Source: Tricharina praecox
Lineage: Eukaryota
Assembly: GCF_024521635.1 (NCBI RefSeq)
Contig: NW_026250432.1
Coordinates: 186,001-250,000, forward strand
DNA length: 64,000 nt
Reading direction: 5' to 3'
Shown: piece by piece, positions 39,511 through 51,215 of the stretch
How positions within the stretch are numbered: position 1 is the first letter of the stretch
Layout: every line of letters begins with the position of its first letter
Position numbers and translations under genes: made by a program
Notes under the pieces: model-generated
What the model saw: the letters and a program-made list of their open reading frames with translations, nothing else
What the model was told of the DNA's origin: nothing
Databases searched by the model: none

Positions 39511-42366
39511 TCAAGTTGTGTCATTGACGATCCGCCTGCCATGCCTCCAACACAGAAACGAGGCATTCAGGCGGAGAGCCACTCGTATCCCCAATGAATC
39601 CCCAATGAATCGGCATAATTTTTCAGCGTAGCCGAACAGTCCATCTGCTTTCTCAACGAGACGGGATAGGCTTGGTTCGTCAGGCCAGTCCATCTGCTTT
39701 CTCAACGAGACGGGATAGGCTTGTGATTGTATCAAGTTCAAAAACTGTAAAGCAAGCTTTCGGTATATTGTCGAAGCCATAGCGAATCTGAGCTTCCGGT
39801 CTGCTAGTTATAAATACTTGCAACCGCACGGACTTGAGAGTTCCCGCTTGAGAAAGAAGGAGAAGGATGAGCGCGATATCGTTTTCGTCATCGCACTCAT
39901 CCAGCGCATCAATAACCAGTATCAATGACTGTGGGTGGGATACACCATCCAGTCGAGAAAGTGGTTCAAGGATGAGATATTTCCATTGCTCCCTGAGGCT
40001 TTGCCGGGGGACATCAGGGTAGTCGCATAGTGTTTTATACACACCGGTGGCAATGTTAGGGTGCACACACGCCAACTGATAGGCGAGGGTAGTGAAGAAT
40101 TTCGAAGCATGAGCCATGTCTCCCCAACCCCTTACAAAGCAGAAACTCGCTCCAAGCCGTTTCTCATCGGCCCACATGCGTGCAACCGTCCGGGCTATGG
40201 TGGACTTTCCAATTCCAGCTTCGCCATTCAACCAAAAGATGGACGCATCAGTTGGACCATCCGACCAGCGCATAATTTTGCTGATGGGGTCAACTTGAGT
40301 GTTATACGAGCATGTAGGTTCGTGTTCAAAACGCCGTGAGTTGAATGCGGCGTCATAGGCGATGTAAGTTTCGGCTTTAGGGCAAATCAGTTACATGAAC
40401 TTCTATTCGACCTCTCTCTAACTTACCAAACTCTTTCAAGGCTTCCTGTTGTGGGGACGGGGTGTAGGAAATTATCCCACCAAGTCCTGTACCTAGAATG
40501 CGCGCATCAGCCACACTGTTGCCTCGCCACAACACTGAACAGAGAACAGGTTGACGAACCAACATTTCCGCCCCCTTGGAAGCTTGTAGGCAGAAGTTCG
40601 AAGTGATTGCTATCGGCCCCCTCTTTATCTACGTTTCCATTGTTGCCGGAAACGACAGGGTCCCGGAAAACTTCATCTGTGTGATCACTGTTGCCGGAAA
40701 CGACAAGGTCCTGGAAAACTTCCTCCGTGTGATCACGGTCCGGGTTTAAGTCGAAAGCCAAGTCGGATTCATCCGAAGAATCATCGAGGTGAGCAGTAGC
40801 TCTTCCGTCAGCTGTGGTCTTGAGAGATTGGGCATCACCAGGTTCTGAGCTATCGGACTTTGGCTCGACGTTGAGTGGAAGAACAAACAAGGCCAGTTGC
40901 TGCATATGTCGAGCTAGATGTCCTCGAAGCCGCTTAGGAGAACGTTCTTCCGAACATAATGGACATGGTTGCAGTCCAGCGACAATAGTTCGTTCGCACC
41001 TTTCAGCTAAATCCAACAGCTCCGACTCCTGGCCCTCATCCTGATGGCTCTGTCGCAGGTGATCGACTAGCTTGTCTTTTGAGGCGAATATTCGTTTACA
41101 GCCAGCACAAAACCATTCTCTCCGATGGACTTGTCCTTCGTGCTCATACCAATCGCGCCGGTACTCGAACATCTGATCCGGTTTCGGACAGTCCTCAAAT
41201 GTACATATGTACGGTCTTAGGTCTTTGAATACGTGTTTCCTGGCCAATTGATTTAGCATGCATGATGGTTGGCTGAGACGAGAGTACACTTACATCCAAT
41301 GATGCGTGCTTTTCATAGTTACTAGGGAGAAGCAGTACGGGCACTGAAACGGGGTTTCACCGTCAAGCATAGCACCACTTGGAGGGGGTGGAACCTGGAG
41401 TCTGATTTCGTTTTCGGTAGCATTGGATGTGGTATATGAGGTTTGAGATTGACCGGCCTCAGACGCCGCACCGACACAGTCCATTGTATCTTTCTCGATT
41501 TTGTAGGTAGTTACAGTCGTTTGACTATTTATTCGGGTCCCAGACTTTTGGCTACTCTTTGCGGTGATGCTCGTACCCGATTCTTTCCTTTGGAAGTCGT
41601 TGCCGTCATCATAGTCGGCGATCTTGTCGTGGTGGTTCTTGTGATATTGAAGCAGCTGGCGACGCCTAGTATTTGCTTTCCCCATTCGTTTCTGAAGGTA
41701 TTCCGGTGCCTGTTTGAATTTATTTCCGGCGTGGTCTTGATCGTATTTATCGTAGTGTGAGACATCGATGGCGGCATATTTCTGAAGCCTGTCGCGAGGC
41801 GCGGGCTGGCGCAAAGCAACGGAGAATCTGTAAAGACATGTAACGACGTGTGTGATGTTCAAGAAGGCGTATTCGAGCTCTGTTGTGGATGGCAGTTCTT
41901 CCTCAGCTTCATGTGTGTTCGAAGGGCCATCATCGAGAGATGTATGCGAAGAATCAGAAGACGCGTCCGACGACGATGTATCCCATGGCCCTTCTTCCTG
42001 CGTGATAAGTGTGATTGCTGTGACTTTGTCAGTGGCGTAGGTACTACCTTAGGCTTTCATCACATCGCCATACGCACCTTCCTCCAACGCTCTGTCCAGA
42101 TCATCCAACAGGTTTGTAACCTTCCCATGGACGTGTAATGCCTCCCTCAGTCGGTGGTCTAAGGAAACTCGTCCAGTCCGATGCGCACCGGAGTTTCCGG
42201 CCCAGACTCTGAACCTTCCAAGCTCATCGCGAAGAGCTACTCGTTGATCAAAAAACCCTTGGTCCTGGGACAGCAGGGTCTTAGCGAGTCGATCGAAGGA
42301 TTGGATGCACAAGTTGTAGCACGAAACAATGGATTTTATCCGCGGGGCGACGAAGGTCCTTTCCAT
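39511..42366 (-). pseudogene. Multi-exon gene: fungal N-terminal helical domain + C2H2 zinc fingers + NACHT (NLR/STAND-like); frameshifted and truncated after the NACHT core
   Basis: DELGRFRVWAGNSGAH..SLDHRL; CPYC...W.KHVFKDLRPYICTFEDC; WFCAGC; CPLC..HLARH; DAAFNS..EHEPTC; Walker A GEAGIGKST; Walker B LILVIDALDEC; VFITSRPE. A frameshift lies at about 39680 and no repeat sensor domain follows. Confidence 0.8.
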
Positions 42367-42660
42367 GGTGAATAGAGACATCGGAAGAGTCAATGATGGC
42401 TAGTAGTAATTTAGTGGAGTGTTTGCAGGCATCTGACCTGGTATAGGTGGAGGAGCTGGAGATATGGATGGTTGCAGCTGGCCAACCGCATCTTGCAGGA
42501 TAGGTGCGGGGGTGAGGGGTTGTCACGCCTCAAGATGTGGAGCTGCGGGCGGAGACCGAGCAACCATCTCTCGAACATGCTTCACCATATCCCGCATTGA
42601 AATCGGCAACACATAAACGTCCCCCAGCCGCCAAATCCAACCTCTGGACGTAGCACCAAC

Positions 42661-44708
42661 ATGGCTACGGGCATCGAAATTGCAGGTCTCGTGCTGGCTG
42701 CCCTTCCGCTTGCTGTCGAAACCATCAAGTTCTATGTCAAAGGTGCCGAAACAATGAAGGAGATGCGGCACCATCTACCAGTCTTGAAAGAGTTTGAGCG
42801 CGAACTCGATATGGAGCACGCCAAGTTCGTCGACACATGTTACCACCTTCTTGGGAACACAGTTGCACCCAAGGATCTGTCGAGCCTCATGGGTGACCCC
42901 GGAGGAGATCTTTGGGAAGCCGAGAGCCTACAAGCGAAGATTCGCAGTCGACTACCCAGTCACTCCATCGAACCTTTCCTAAAGGCGATCGAGGCTATGA
43001 AAACGGTTGTTGATGAGCTAAATGAGAAATTCGGAGTGGACAAAAGCACGGTTAGGACACCCATCCGCTGATCCAGGGTGGACCGCGCTGACCAGGGGAT
43101 CATAATACCCATCGTACAGTCCAGCAAGCGCGCTTTGAAGCGTCTGCGTAAAAAGTTTACGCTAGTTGTGTTGAAGAACCACCGTGACGAGCAGCTTTCA
43201 CGCATTCGCAGGATCAACCATGACCTAGATAAACTCGTCAACGGGGGTCGGCAATGGTTCGATCAAACGTCGACTGCGCGAGATGGATCAACCACGACTC
43301 GATACAATCGCATACGAAGCCATGCCACCGCTCTTTACACCGTTCTGAACGAGAAGCTGCAGACTCCACATTGCACATGTCCATCGTCCCACGACATAAA
43401 CCTACAGCTGGAGACGCGCAGGGGCGAGACTTTTGGACCAAGGGAACCGGATCCGAGGTTACGATTCAAGTTCATTTTCTCCTTTGGTCCCGGGTTGGAT
43501 GACGTGCCGTCCAACTGGAGAAAACTGGAATTAGAACATCTCGCCGAGAAACATCAGTCCGGCCCGCCGAACGAGGTTGTCGTCAATCCCGACGGAGACC
43601 AAGATTGTCGATACAGTTCGATTCCCACCAAAAACTCAATATCCACTGTAAAGGATGCTGTAAAACATACTGGACAGGGGCTTCCGAGTCCCACGGCTGT
43701 GGAAGAGCGAAATAATGTGACCAGGTGAGAAATCTAATTTCGAGAATTTCGATGATGTCTAACCGTGGGGGATCATGCAGCCCTCCCGAGCGTTCGAAAC
43801 GAGTTAGGTTTCTCGGAATTTCCACTGCGGTCGTTAAAAAAGCATTAGGCTTCAGCCTGAGTCCCAAGAGAACTCCGAGTCCCTTGAACGCAGCGGATTG
43901 TTCCGACGAATGTACAGATGATCTTGCTCGGACCGAAATTTCGGCCCCTGAAAAGCCCGAAATCCTCAGAACGGACATAATCCGTGACTTCTGCTTCACC
44001 ATACAGGAGGCCAAATGTGCTCAGTCTGACTTGGGAGTCCTTATCGATGGGATGAGAAAAATGCACCGTGTCTGGCTGCCCACCGGTCCATCGCTCTTGT
44101 CCCAACCAGCGACAACAGTGACACTGGAGACTCTCCTCTCCAAACGACCACCACCTGCGAGGAAAGAGAGGTTGATGCTGGGGATTAAGCTTGCGTCATC
44201 AGTCGTTCAACTGCACGGCACCGGATGGCTGAGCGAGGGGTGGAGCAATAAGGACATCATATTTCTCTGCGACGAGTCAGTAGTAGACAACAACCTTAAA
44301 GCATTGATCGAACAGCCTCTGGTGCGGCGGAGCCTCCACCCTTTGCATCCGTCGGATTCCGCCCAGAGATCAGGATCGCGGGTTGTGAGGTGCAACAGAA
44401 CACTCTTGTCTTTGGGCATCGTCCTTTTGGAACTCTGGTTTTGGGAGAAGTTGGAAGATCTCCATAAACGCAGAGAGGGTGGTGGAGGGACCACCGGTAA
44501 TACCGACACGGGTGCGTATGCGATCGCCGACGGCCTCATCCCTAAACTGTACGACGATGCCCTCAACATTTATGGCGATGCCGTGCGCCGGTGCATCCGC
44601 GGGCTAGATCATCGCGAAATAACCTTGGAAAACGACGATTACAAGAAGGAAGTTTGTCGGGTGGTGATCCGCCCGTTGGAGGAACACTTGGCTCTCTTTT
44701 GTTCTTAG
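42661..44708 (+). CDS. Fungal protein with a HeLo-like N-terminal domain and a C-terminal degenerate kinase-like domain; exons 42661-43050, about 43096/43120-43724, 43781-44708
   Basis: N-terminus MATGIEIAGLVLAALPL..; CTCPSSH; C-terminal RLMLGIKLASSVVQLHGTGWLSEGW..KDIIF, LLSLGIVLLELWF and YGDAVRRC. Introns are phase-consistent. Confidence 0.75.
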
Positions 44709-45249
44709 TTGCTCATGGCTACCTATGTCTTTTTTTCTTGTTTTTTTTGCATAGCATCGCATCTTGTAGTGTGGAGTTGCGGAATGATGATGGGCGTACT
44801 TCTCCGTATAGGGTGATCTTTCAAGCTGGTGAACTCCACTGTTGCGAGGACTCTTTCGCCAATGCCTCTCCAGACTGGAGAGCGGCGGGTAGAGAGAAAG
44901 TGATGATATATCATACAAGTGTGTGTGTGAGTAAGAGAAAGAGAGAGAGAGAACTACGACGACGCACTTGGCTGAATCCTTGATTGCCTGCGGGCTATCT
45001 GGATCATGGAATACACGCCCACTGTTTCCTTCTATCAGTCCGGAGTTGCTCTTAGTGGCCCCCCTTGATCTCTGCCCTGTGTCCTTGTAACCATCTCCTC
45101 CATTTTCAGGTTCATAGACCAGACCGAGCACAGGTGCCCCCTCCCCCCCGAATTGAGTTTGAGGTGACAAGGATTGACCATTTCTAGTGGGTCTAGTGCA
45201 CTTAAGCCAAATCCCCATTCCATGTGTCTTGCCGGTCAAAAGCCTACCC

Positions 45250-46745
45250 ACATTTATTCGGAATCACAAAACGATGGTCTTTCGTAACCACAGGCACCAT
45301 ATGCACCATGTAGAGCCATGTACTAAAGTCAGAAGCCTTATGTAGGCCTTATACATGATGGGGAAATTATTTAGGCCTTCTATAAGCGACTCATAAGCAC
45401 GTGCAACTCATAAGGCTTCCGTAAGACTTATTTCAAAATAAGGCTAATGTTTTCATAAACCAAAAATTGTTGTAACTCCTACATAATGCCTAGGTATGCA
45501 GCGAAAACCACCATCACATAAATCGGCCTTCTCACTTTGTAAGCCCGAAGGCACTCGTCAGGTATAATCAGTCATTGCTGAAATTCACACCCCTGGCGTA
45601 CAACAATGACTGCTAAACTGGCAGGTTTTGTGAAGCATTATGGGATATATCAGCCTGAGATAGGAAATCCTTAGAGCACCACACGCTCAATTTCTTCAAA
45701 AGCATGATATTTGCGTTCAATGCGCCTTATTTAAAACTATAGGTTCTATCACCTTTATGACTTTGTAGCGCATATGCGAAAATTAGACTGCATGACACGG
45801 AAATTCTTGTACCGGCCTTATGTTCTCCTAGAACCGGCACTGCTAGAGTCCCCAGTAGGAGAGGAAGCCGAAGAAGCAGACACAGACGACTAAGAGAGCA
45901 CACGGCACCGCTGGACCCTCCACCGCTGGTGCTGCCCCCCCCTTCCGCCGACAGCTTCCCCATCACTTCCTCATCACGCTGACAACTCCTCCCCCACAGA
46001 CTTCTCCTCCCGCCCAGAGAAGAAGAAACCTCCGCTGGACCCGGTATGGCAGAGCAATCGGAGAGGTGCTGGCGGAAGGACAGAAATGTCGGTGGAAGGT
46101 AAACCAGCGGTGGGGGTCAAGCGGTGGAGTTTGATGCCCTAGCCGTCGGCTTCTGCCTCTCCTCTCTTTTTCTTTTTCGTCTTCTTACTCTTCCTCTTCT
46201 TTTTTCTCTAAGATCATCTTATTATGACTACGCAAAACTAGTTTACGGAGTTTTCCTCCTCCCCACTCGGCCGACCCCGCCATGCCCGCCAACTTTGATG
46301 CCTACTACTAACCACATTCGTTTTCTCCCGCCAACAGAAATCCTCCATCACTTCCTCCACTTCCTCCTCTCGCTCACGACTCCTCCTCCCACTGGCAGCT
46401 CCCCCAGCTCTTCATCTCGCTGACAACTCCTCCTCCCGCTGGGATTCGCTGGACCGGATTCGGCTGCAGTCCGGTAGAGTAGTGAAAGAAACGTCCCTCT
46501 TTTCAGCACTTCCCTCACCAAGTACGGCAGTAAAACCTTTCTGCGATCCATGTGTACTTGTACCAGTCTTGGTGGTTTTAGCAGTCGACGGCAGTCGACT
46601 ACAGTCCGCCCCGTCCGACCTTACCGGTCGACTGGTCGGTCGGACATCCAACACACCTCCGGACGGACTGGATGTATCAAGTATGTAGTCCAGTCCCGTT
46701 CCTGGGTCCGAACGGACTGGACTGGACCGGACTACGTACTACTAC
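45250..46745. mobile_element. Probable degenerate transposon-derived sequence (AT-rich block, internal direct repeat, palindromic GGACTGGAC/GTCCAGTCC cluster)
   Basis: Composition shift at 45250-45800; gctgacaactcctcc...cgctggacc repeated at about 45978 and 46419; hairpins at 46613-46645 and 46688-46722. No transposase is recognisable. Confidence 0.4.
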
Positions 46746-46887
46746 GTAGAACACAGGCACAGTGTGAAGCCGCGAAAGCCCTCTCAACGAATTAAGGTAC
46801 CCCGTCTGACCGCCTCTGCCTATTGAAATTTGGTATCACATCATATCGTACACATCACACATCTATCATCCCTAGTTAACCACCAGT

Positions 46888-49800
46888 TTACGCCGCCACC
46901 GCCCTCGCACCAGCACCAGCAGCTAACCGTGCGGCCTTCTTCGGCGACTCCACAGCCACAGCCACATCCTCAGCAGCAGCAGCAGTCAAAATATCCTGCG
47001 CGACAGCGAGCACCTCGGCCGGCATCCCCGCCATCTTCGCGACGCGCAGGGCATGGCTCTCCGTGCTGACGCCCCTGCGCAGACGGTGGACGAACGTCCA
47101 TGCGCTGCCATCCTTATCGACGCTGATATCGGTGCACCAGGTAGCGACCTTCTTATCGCCGCGGACCCACTCACCGAGCTCGCCAAAATGCGTTGCGAAC
47201 AGCGCGCGGCACTTGTTCTTCTCGACGAGGTGTTTCAGCACCGCGTAGGCGACCGCAGCACCGTCTTTTGGCGCGGTGCCCCGCCCGACTTCGTCCATTA
47301 TCACGAAGGACCGTGGAGTGGCGTTGCGCAGGATCATCGCCGTCTCGAGCATCTCTACCATGAACGTCGACTGGCTGGCGTAGAGGTTGTCGGCGCTGCC
47401 GATGCGAGAGAAGATCTTGTCGACGATCCCGAGCGACGCGTGTGTGGCGGGTACGAACGAGCCGGTTTGCGCGATGATGCTGATTAGTGCGTTTTGCCGG
47501 AGGAAGGTGGATTTTCCAGCCATGTTCGGGCTAAGGGCTTAGTTACGATGGGAGGGTGGAAGGGAGGGAGGGGGAGGGGGGGTACCCAGTAACTAGCCAA
47601 AGCCGCTCAACATCTCCCACAAAGCAATCGTTACTAACAAACTGCCTCCCTTGCTCTTGGAGACCAGCTTCAACGGTGAAATGCCTGCCGCCTACGATCT
47701 TATGTTTCTGGTCCCGCGTGAGGGTTGGCCTGGTAAGGTTCTGTTCGCGAGCGAGGAGTGCGAAGGATGATGCAACGTCGAGTTCGTCTAGTACTGCGGC
47801 GTTGCGACGGAGCTGCGAGATGTGGCCCGATACCATCCGTAGAATGTTCTGGAAGACGACTTTCTCCTCGGCGCGGATACGTAGCCGGGTGTTGCTTATC
47901 GTTTCACCGAGTTTTGTCCATTCCTGCGTACATTAGCGGTTGCGGGTGAGCGAGTGAGAATTGGTGACTACAGGGTGTAAGAACGACCTCGTGGTTCTCG
48001 ACGAGGAAACGCTAATCACGTCGGGTACATTTACATCCTTGCCCTTGATGTGGCAGAAGTGTCCCAGCTGCGGGCTCCACTTGAGCGTAAGACTCTGGAC
48101 ATCTAGACCCGAATCAGAGAGGGTTAGAGGGCCACGCTCAGAAAACCACACCAACGTACTCAGTTTGTTTCGAAGATGCACTTCGAGGTGGCCTTTTGCT
48201 TCTCGCAGGCCCTCTAGTCGTGCGTGTGTTTCCCGAAGTAGTGGACTCGCGCTGTGTGGAGTTCCTGGTTAGCCAGCCATTCTCACTCGGTCGTGGCAAC
48301 GCGCAGATGGAGCCGAACGAACGTTTTCTTCATAACCCACGCCTCGTCCCCCTCGACGTCTACGAGTGTAGCGCTCTTGATAGAATTCTCAATCCCCCTC
48401 GCAATCCTCTTCTTTCTCCCCTTCTTCGCCTTTGTAGCACCAGCCTCGACAACCTCAGCCAGCAACTCCTCAACAACCCTCGTACTCTCCGGCATCTCCT
48501 CCGTCTCAGCTGTCTGGGACAGCGCTGCAGCGACGTCCGCAACCTCGGCCTGCTGTCTCCTAAACCCCTCCTCATCAATCGAGTCGAGAATCGTCTTCGC
48601 CAGCGCTGTGGGGACATCCAAGCGCTTCAGGATCGGCGCAAACGTCTTTTTGTCGTCGGCACGTTCCATGCGGCGCAGGATGTCGGTGGTGGCCTCGATG
48701 GTGCGTGCCAGCGCCACGAGATCGTCGGCGTCGGCTCGGCCGAGTGAGAACTTCTGCACGATCCGTTGCGAGTCGTACGTGCGCTTCAGCAGGATGGGAA
48801 TGTCCTCGCGCAGGATGTCGTCTTTGAGGAAGGCTTCCACCATGTCGAGCCGCGCTTCAATGATGTCGATGTCTGTCGATGGATTTGCTGCAGAGGCAGG
48901 ATCAGTCGAACATCTCCAGCCAATCAGGGGAAAGAAGGGACTTACTCAACCAGTTCCCCAGCAACCGCTTCCCACCCCGAGTGACCGTCCGATTGATCGT
49001 GTGCAGCAAACTTCCCTTGGCAAAGCCATCCCTCAGCGTAGCCTTAATCTCGAGCCCCCTCATGGAATTAACATCAATCGCCATAACCTCGCTCGCCTTC
49101 CGCCTGACGGGAGTTTGTAATTTGACATCGATGCCTGGCAGCCTCGACTCGACATAATCCAGCAGCCTCGCAGCCGCCGCATGTTCCAGCCGACTCAACT
49201 TCTTCAGCACATTCTTATCGACCTCCTCGCCCTCGACCGCCAGCGCCTCCCACGTCTGGAGCCTCCCCTTCTTCTCCGTCTCCTCGGACGCATCATGGGT
49301 CGTCAGCACCCACGCGCCCGAACCCTCCACGCCCTCCAGCGCCGTCTCGCCACTCTTGACGACCACCTCCCTCGGCCCGATCCTCCCCAACTCCGCCGCC
49401 AGCCCATCCGTTCCACACGTACTGCACCAGACCTCGCCCGTTCCCAGATCCGTCCAAGCCAGGCCAATCTCGCCCGCGCCCTTATTCTCGACCGCCAGCA
49501 AAAAGTGATTCTCCCCAGCCTCAATCCACTCCTCATCGATGAGTGTCCCCGGGGTAACAATCCTCTGCACGCGGCGCTCAAACATGGCCTCTCCGGTCAC
49601 AAACTCATTCTCGACCGCGCCGGCTTTCGGATATTCCTCACAAACAGCAACATACCTCCCCTCCTCCTTAACCAGGACCTTAAGAAACTGCTCGAGCCGC
49701 CACCACGGGAACCCCGCCATAGCAACAGGTCCGGCTACAGTCCGCTTCTCGCCCAGCTTCAGCCCTAGCCGCCCCGCCCACTGCGTCGCGGCGTCGAAAT

Positions 49801-50347
49801 ACAGCTCGTAGAACCCCCCAACCCGCGTCAAAAGGACTATCTCCGGCCCGAGCCGTTGCATGTTGTCGAGCGCCTGTTGGACAACGGGCGGGTAGCGCTT
49901 TCCCTCCGCCCCTTCCCCCCCCTCTTTGCTCTCCCCCCCAGCCCCATCCCCCTCCCCCGCCAGCGGGCCCACCCCATCCCCCACCCCATCCCCCGCCCCA
50001 TCCCCTGCCCCGGCCACGGGCCCCAGCGGCCCCTGCGGCACCTCCAACCACGACTTCCTCACGCGCGTACCAGCAGCAGCAGCACGCGCCCCGCGCGCCC
50101 GGTCCACAGGCAGCGGCGGCAGCGGCGGGCGCGCAACGTCCGTTGGAGCGGCTAGCTCGTCGAGCGATAGTTTCTCGCGACGCTTGGTTTCTTTGGCTGT
50201 GCGCACGGGGGTGCGGGCGTGAGTGGAGGGGGTGGTGGTGAAAGGCCGCGAGGTGGCGGGAGTGGAAAGGGCGGTGGTGGTGGTGGTGGGATTGAAGGGA
50301 GAGAGGCGCGGCGGGCGTCGCCGCAGGTGCAGGCGGAGGAGAAGCAT
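46888..50347 (-). CDS. MSH1: Mitochondrial MutS homolog; exons 50347-48946, 48887-48323, 48251-48160, 48102-47972, 47923-47586, 47530-46888
   Basis: Arg/Thr-rich presequence; LLTRVGGFYELYF, MAGFP, RIVTPGTLIDE, GPNMAGKSTFLRQNALI, STFMVEMLET, MDEVGRGT, LFATHF. Confidence 0.95.
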
Positions 50348-51215
50348 TTTTTTTTGAGTTTCGAGTTTTGGGTTTTTGGATGGATGGCTGATTCGTGCGT
50401 GCGTGGAAAATGGGCGGTGGTGGGGGGACGTGGTGGGGGCGACGGTGGGCAGACGCGTGAGCGGTTATGATGAGATGGATGCGTTGGGGCAAAGCGTGCT
50501 TTTTTTTTTAGTGGGGGTTCTCGCGTTGGTGGGGCTGCTGGTGGGGCTGGGCTGGCGGGGGGGATGTCACGAACTAGTGCGATAGTGGGTGGGCTGGTGG
50601 GGTGGGCACTGGGGGAGGGAGAGGGGGATGTGGATGGGATGGATGGAATGGAATCTGGATTGATGTTCAAACGTTCCATTGTTGTCGTAGGTCTGTCTGC
50701 ATACATGGAGAAACCGGATGGAAGATGGAAAAAGGAAAAAAAAACATCTTTGAAACCGTCTCCAAGAAAAGGTAAAAATAGGTAGAGCGCTGTACGACAA
50801 ACAGAAGAACATCACCAAAGTTGAATAGCCACACTTCCTCCCAGCTCTACGGTACGCGTGCCGTATGTATAGGCCTGACCCGACCCTCCGGCCGCCAGAG
50901 AGAAAGAGAGAAAAAAACACCGCGAAAACCCTTTTAAAAAGAAGTAACTACAGCGTCAATCAACCAATCTACGCCTCGCACCCCACCCATCCCCCAAAAG
51001 AAAAGCCTACCGAGGAAAGAGAACAAGAGAGAAAGAAAAGAAAAAAGTGACAAGTGAGACCAAATGGAGCCGTGAAAGCCGCGAATGAAAGAAATCGTCC
51101 CATCGTATCTGCCATCGCCGTCATCGCCATCGTCACCACCCACCACCGACAACCACTAGCCTCTTCCATCCAAGTTCTCCCCCGTCCGTCCGTTCATTAC
51201 TAGAGTACCGCCAGC

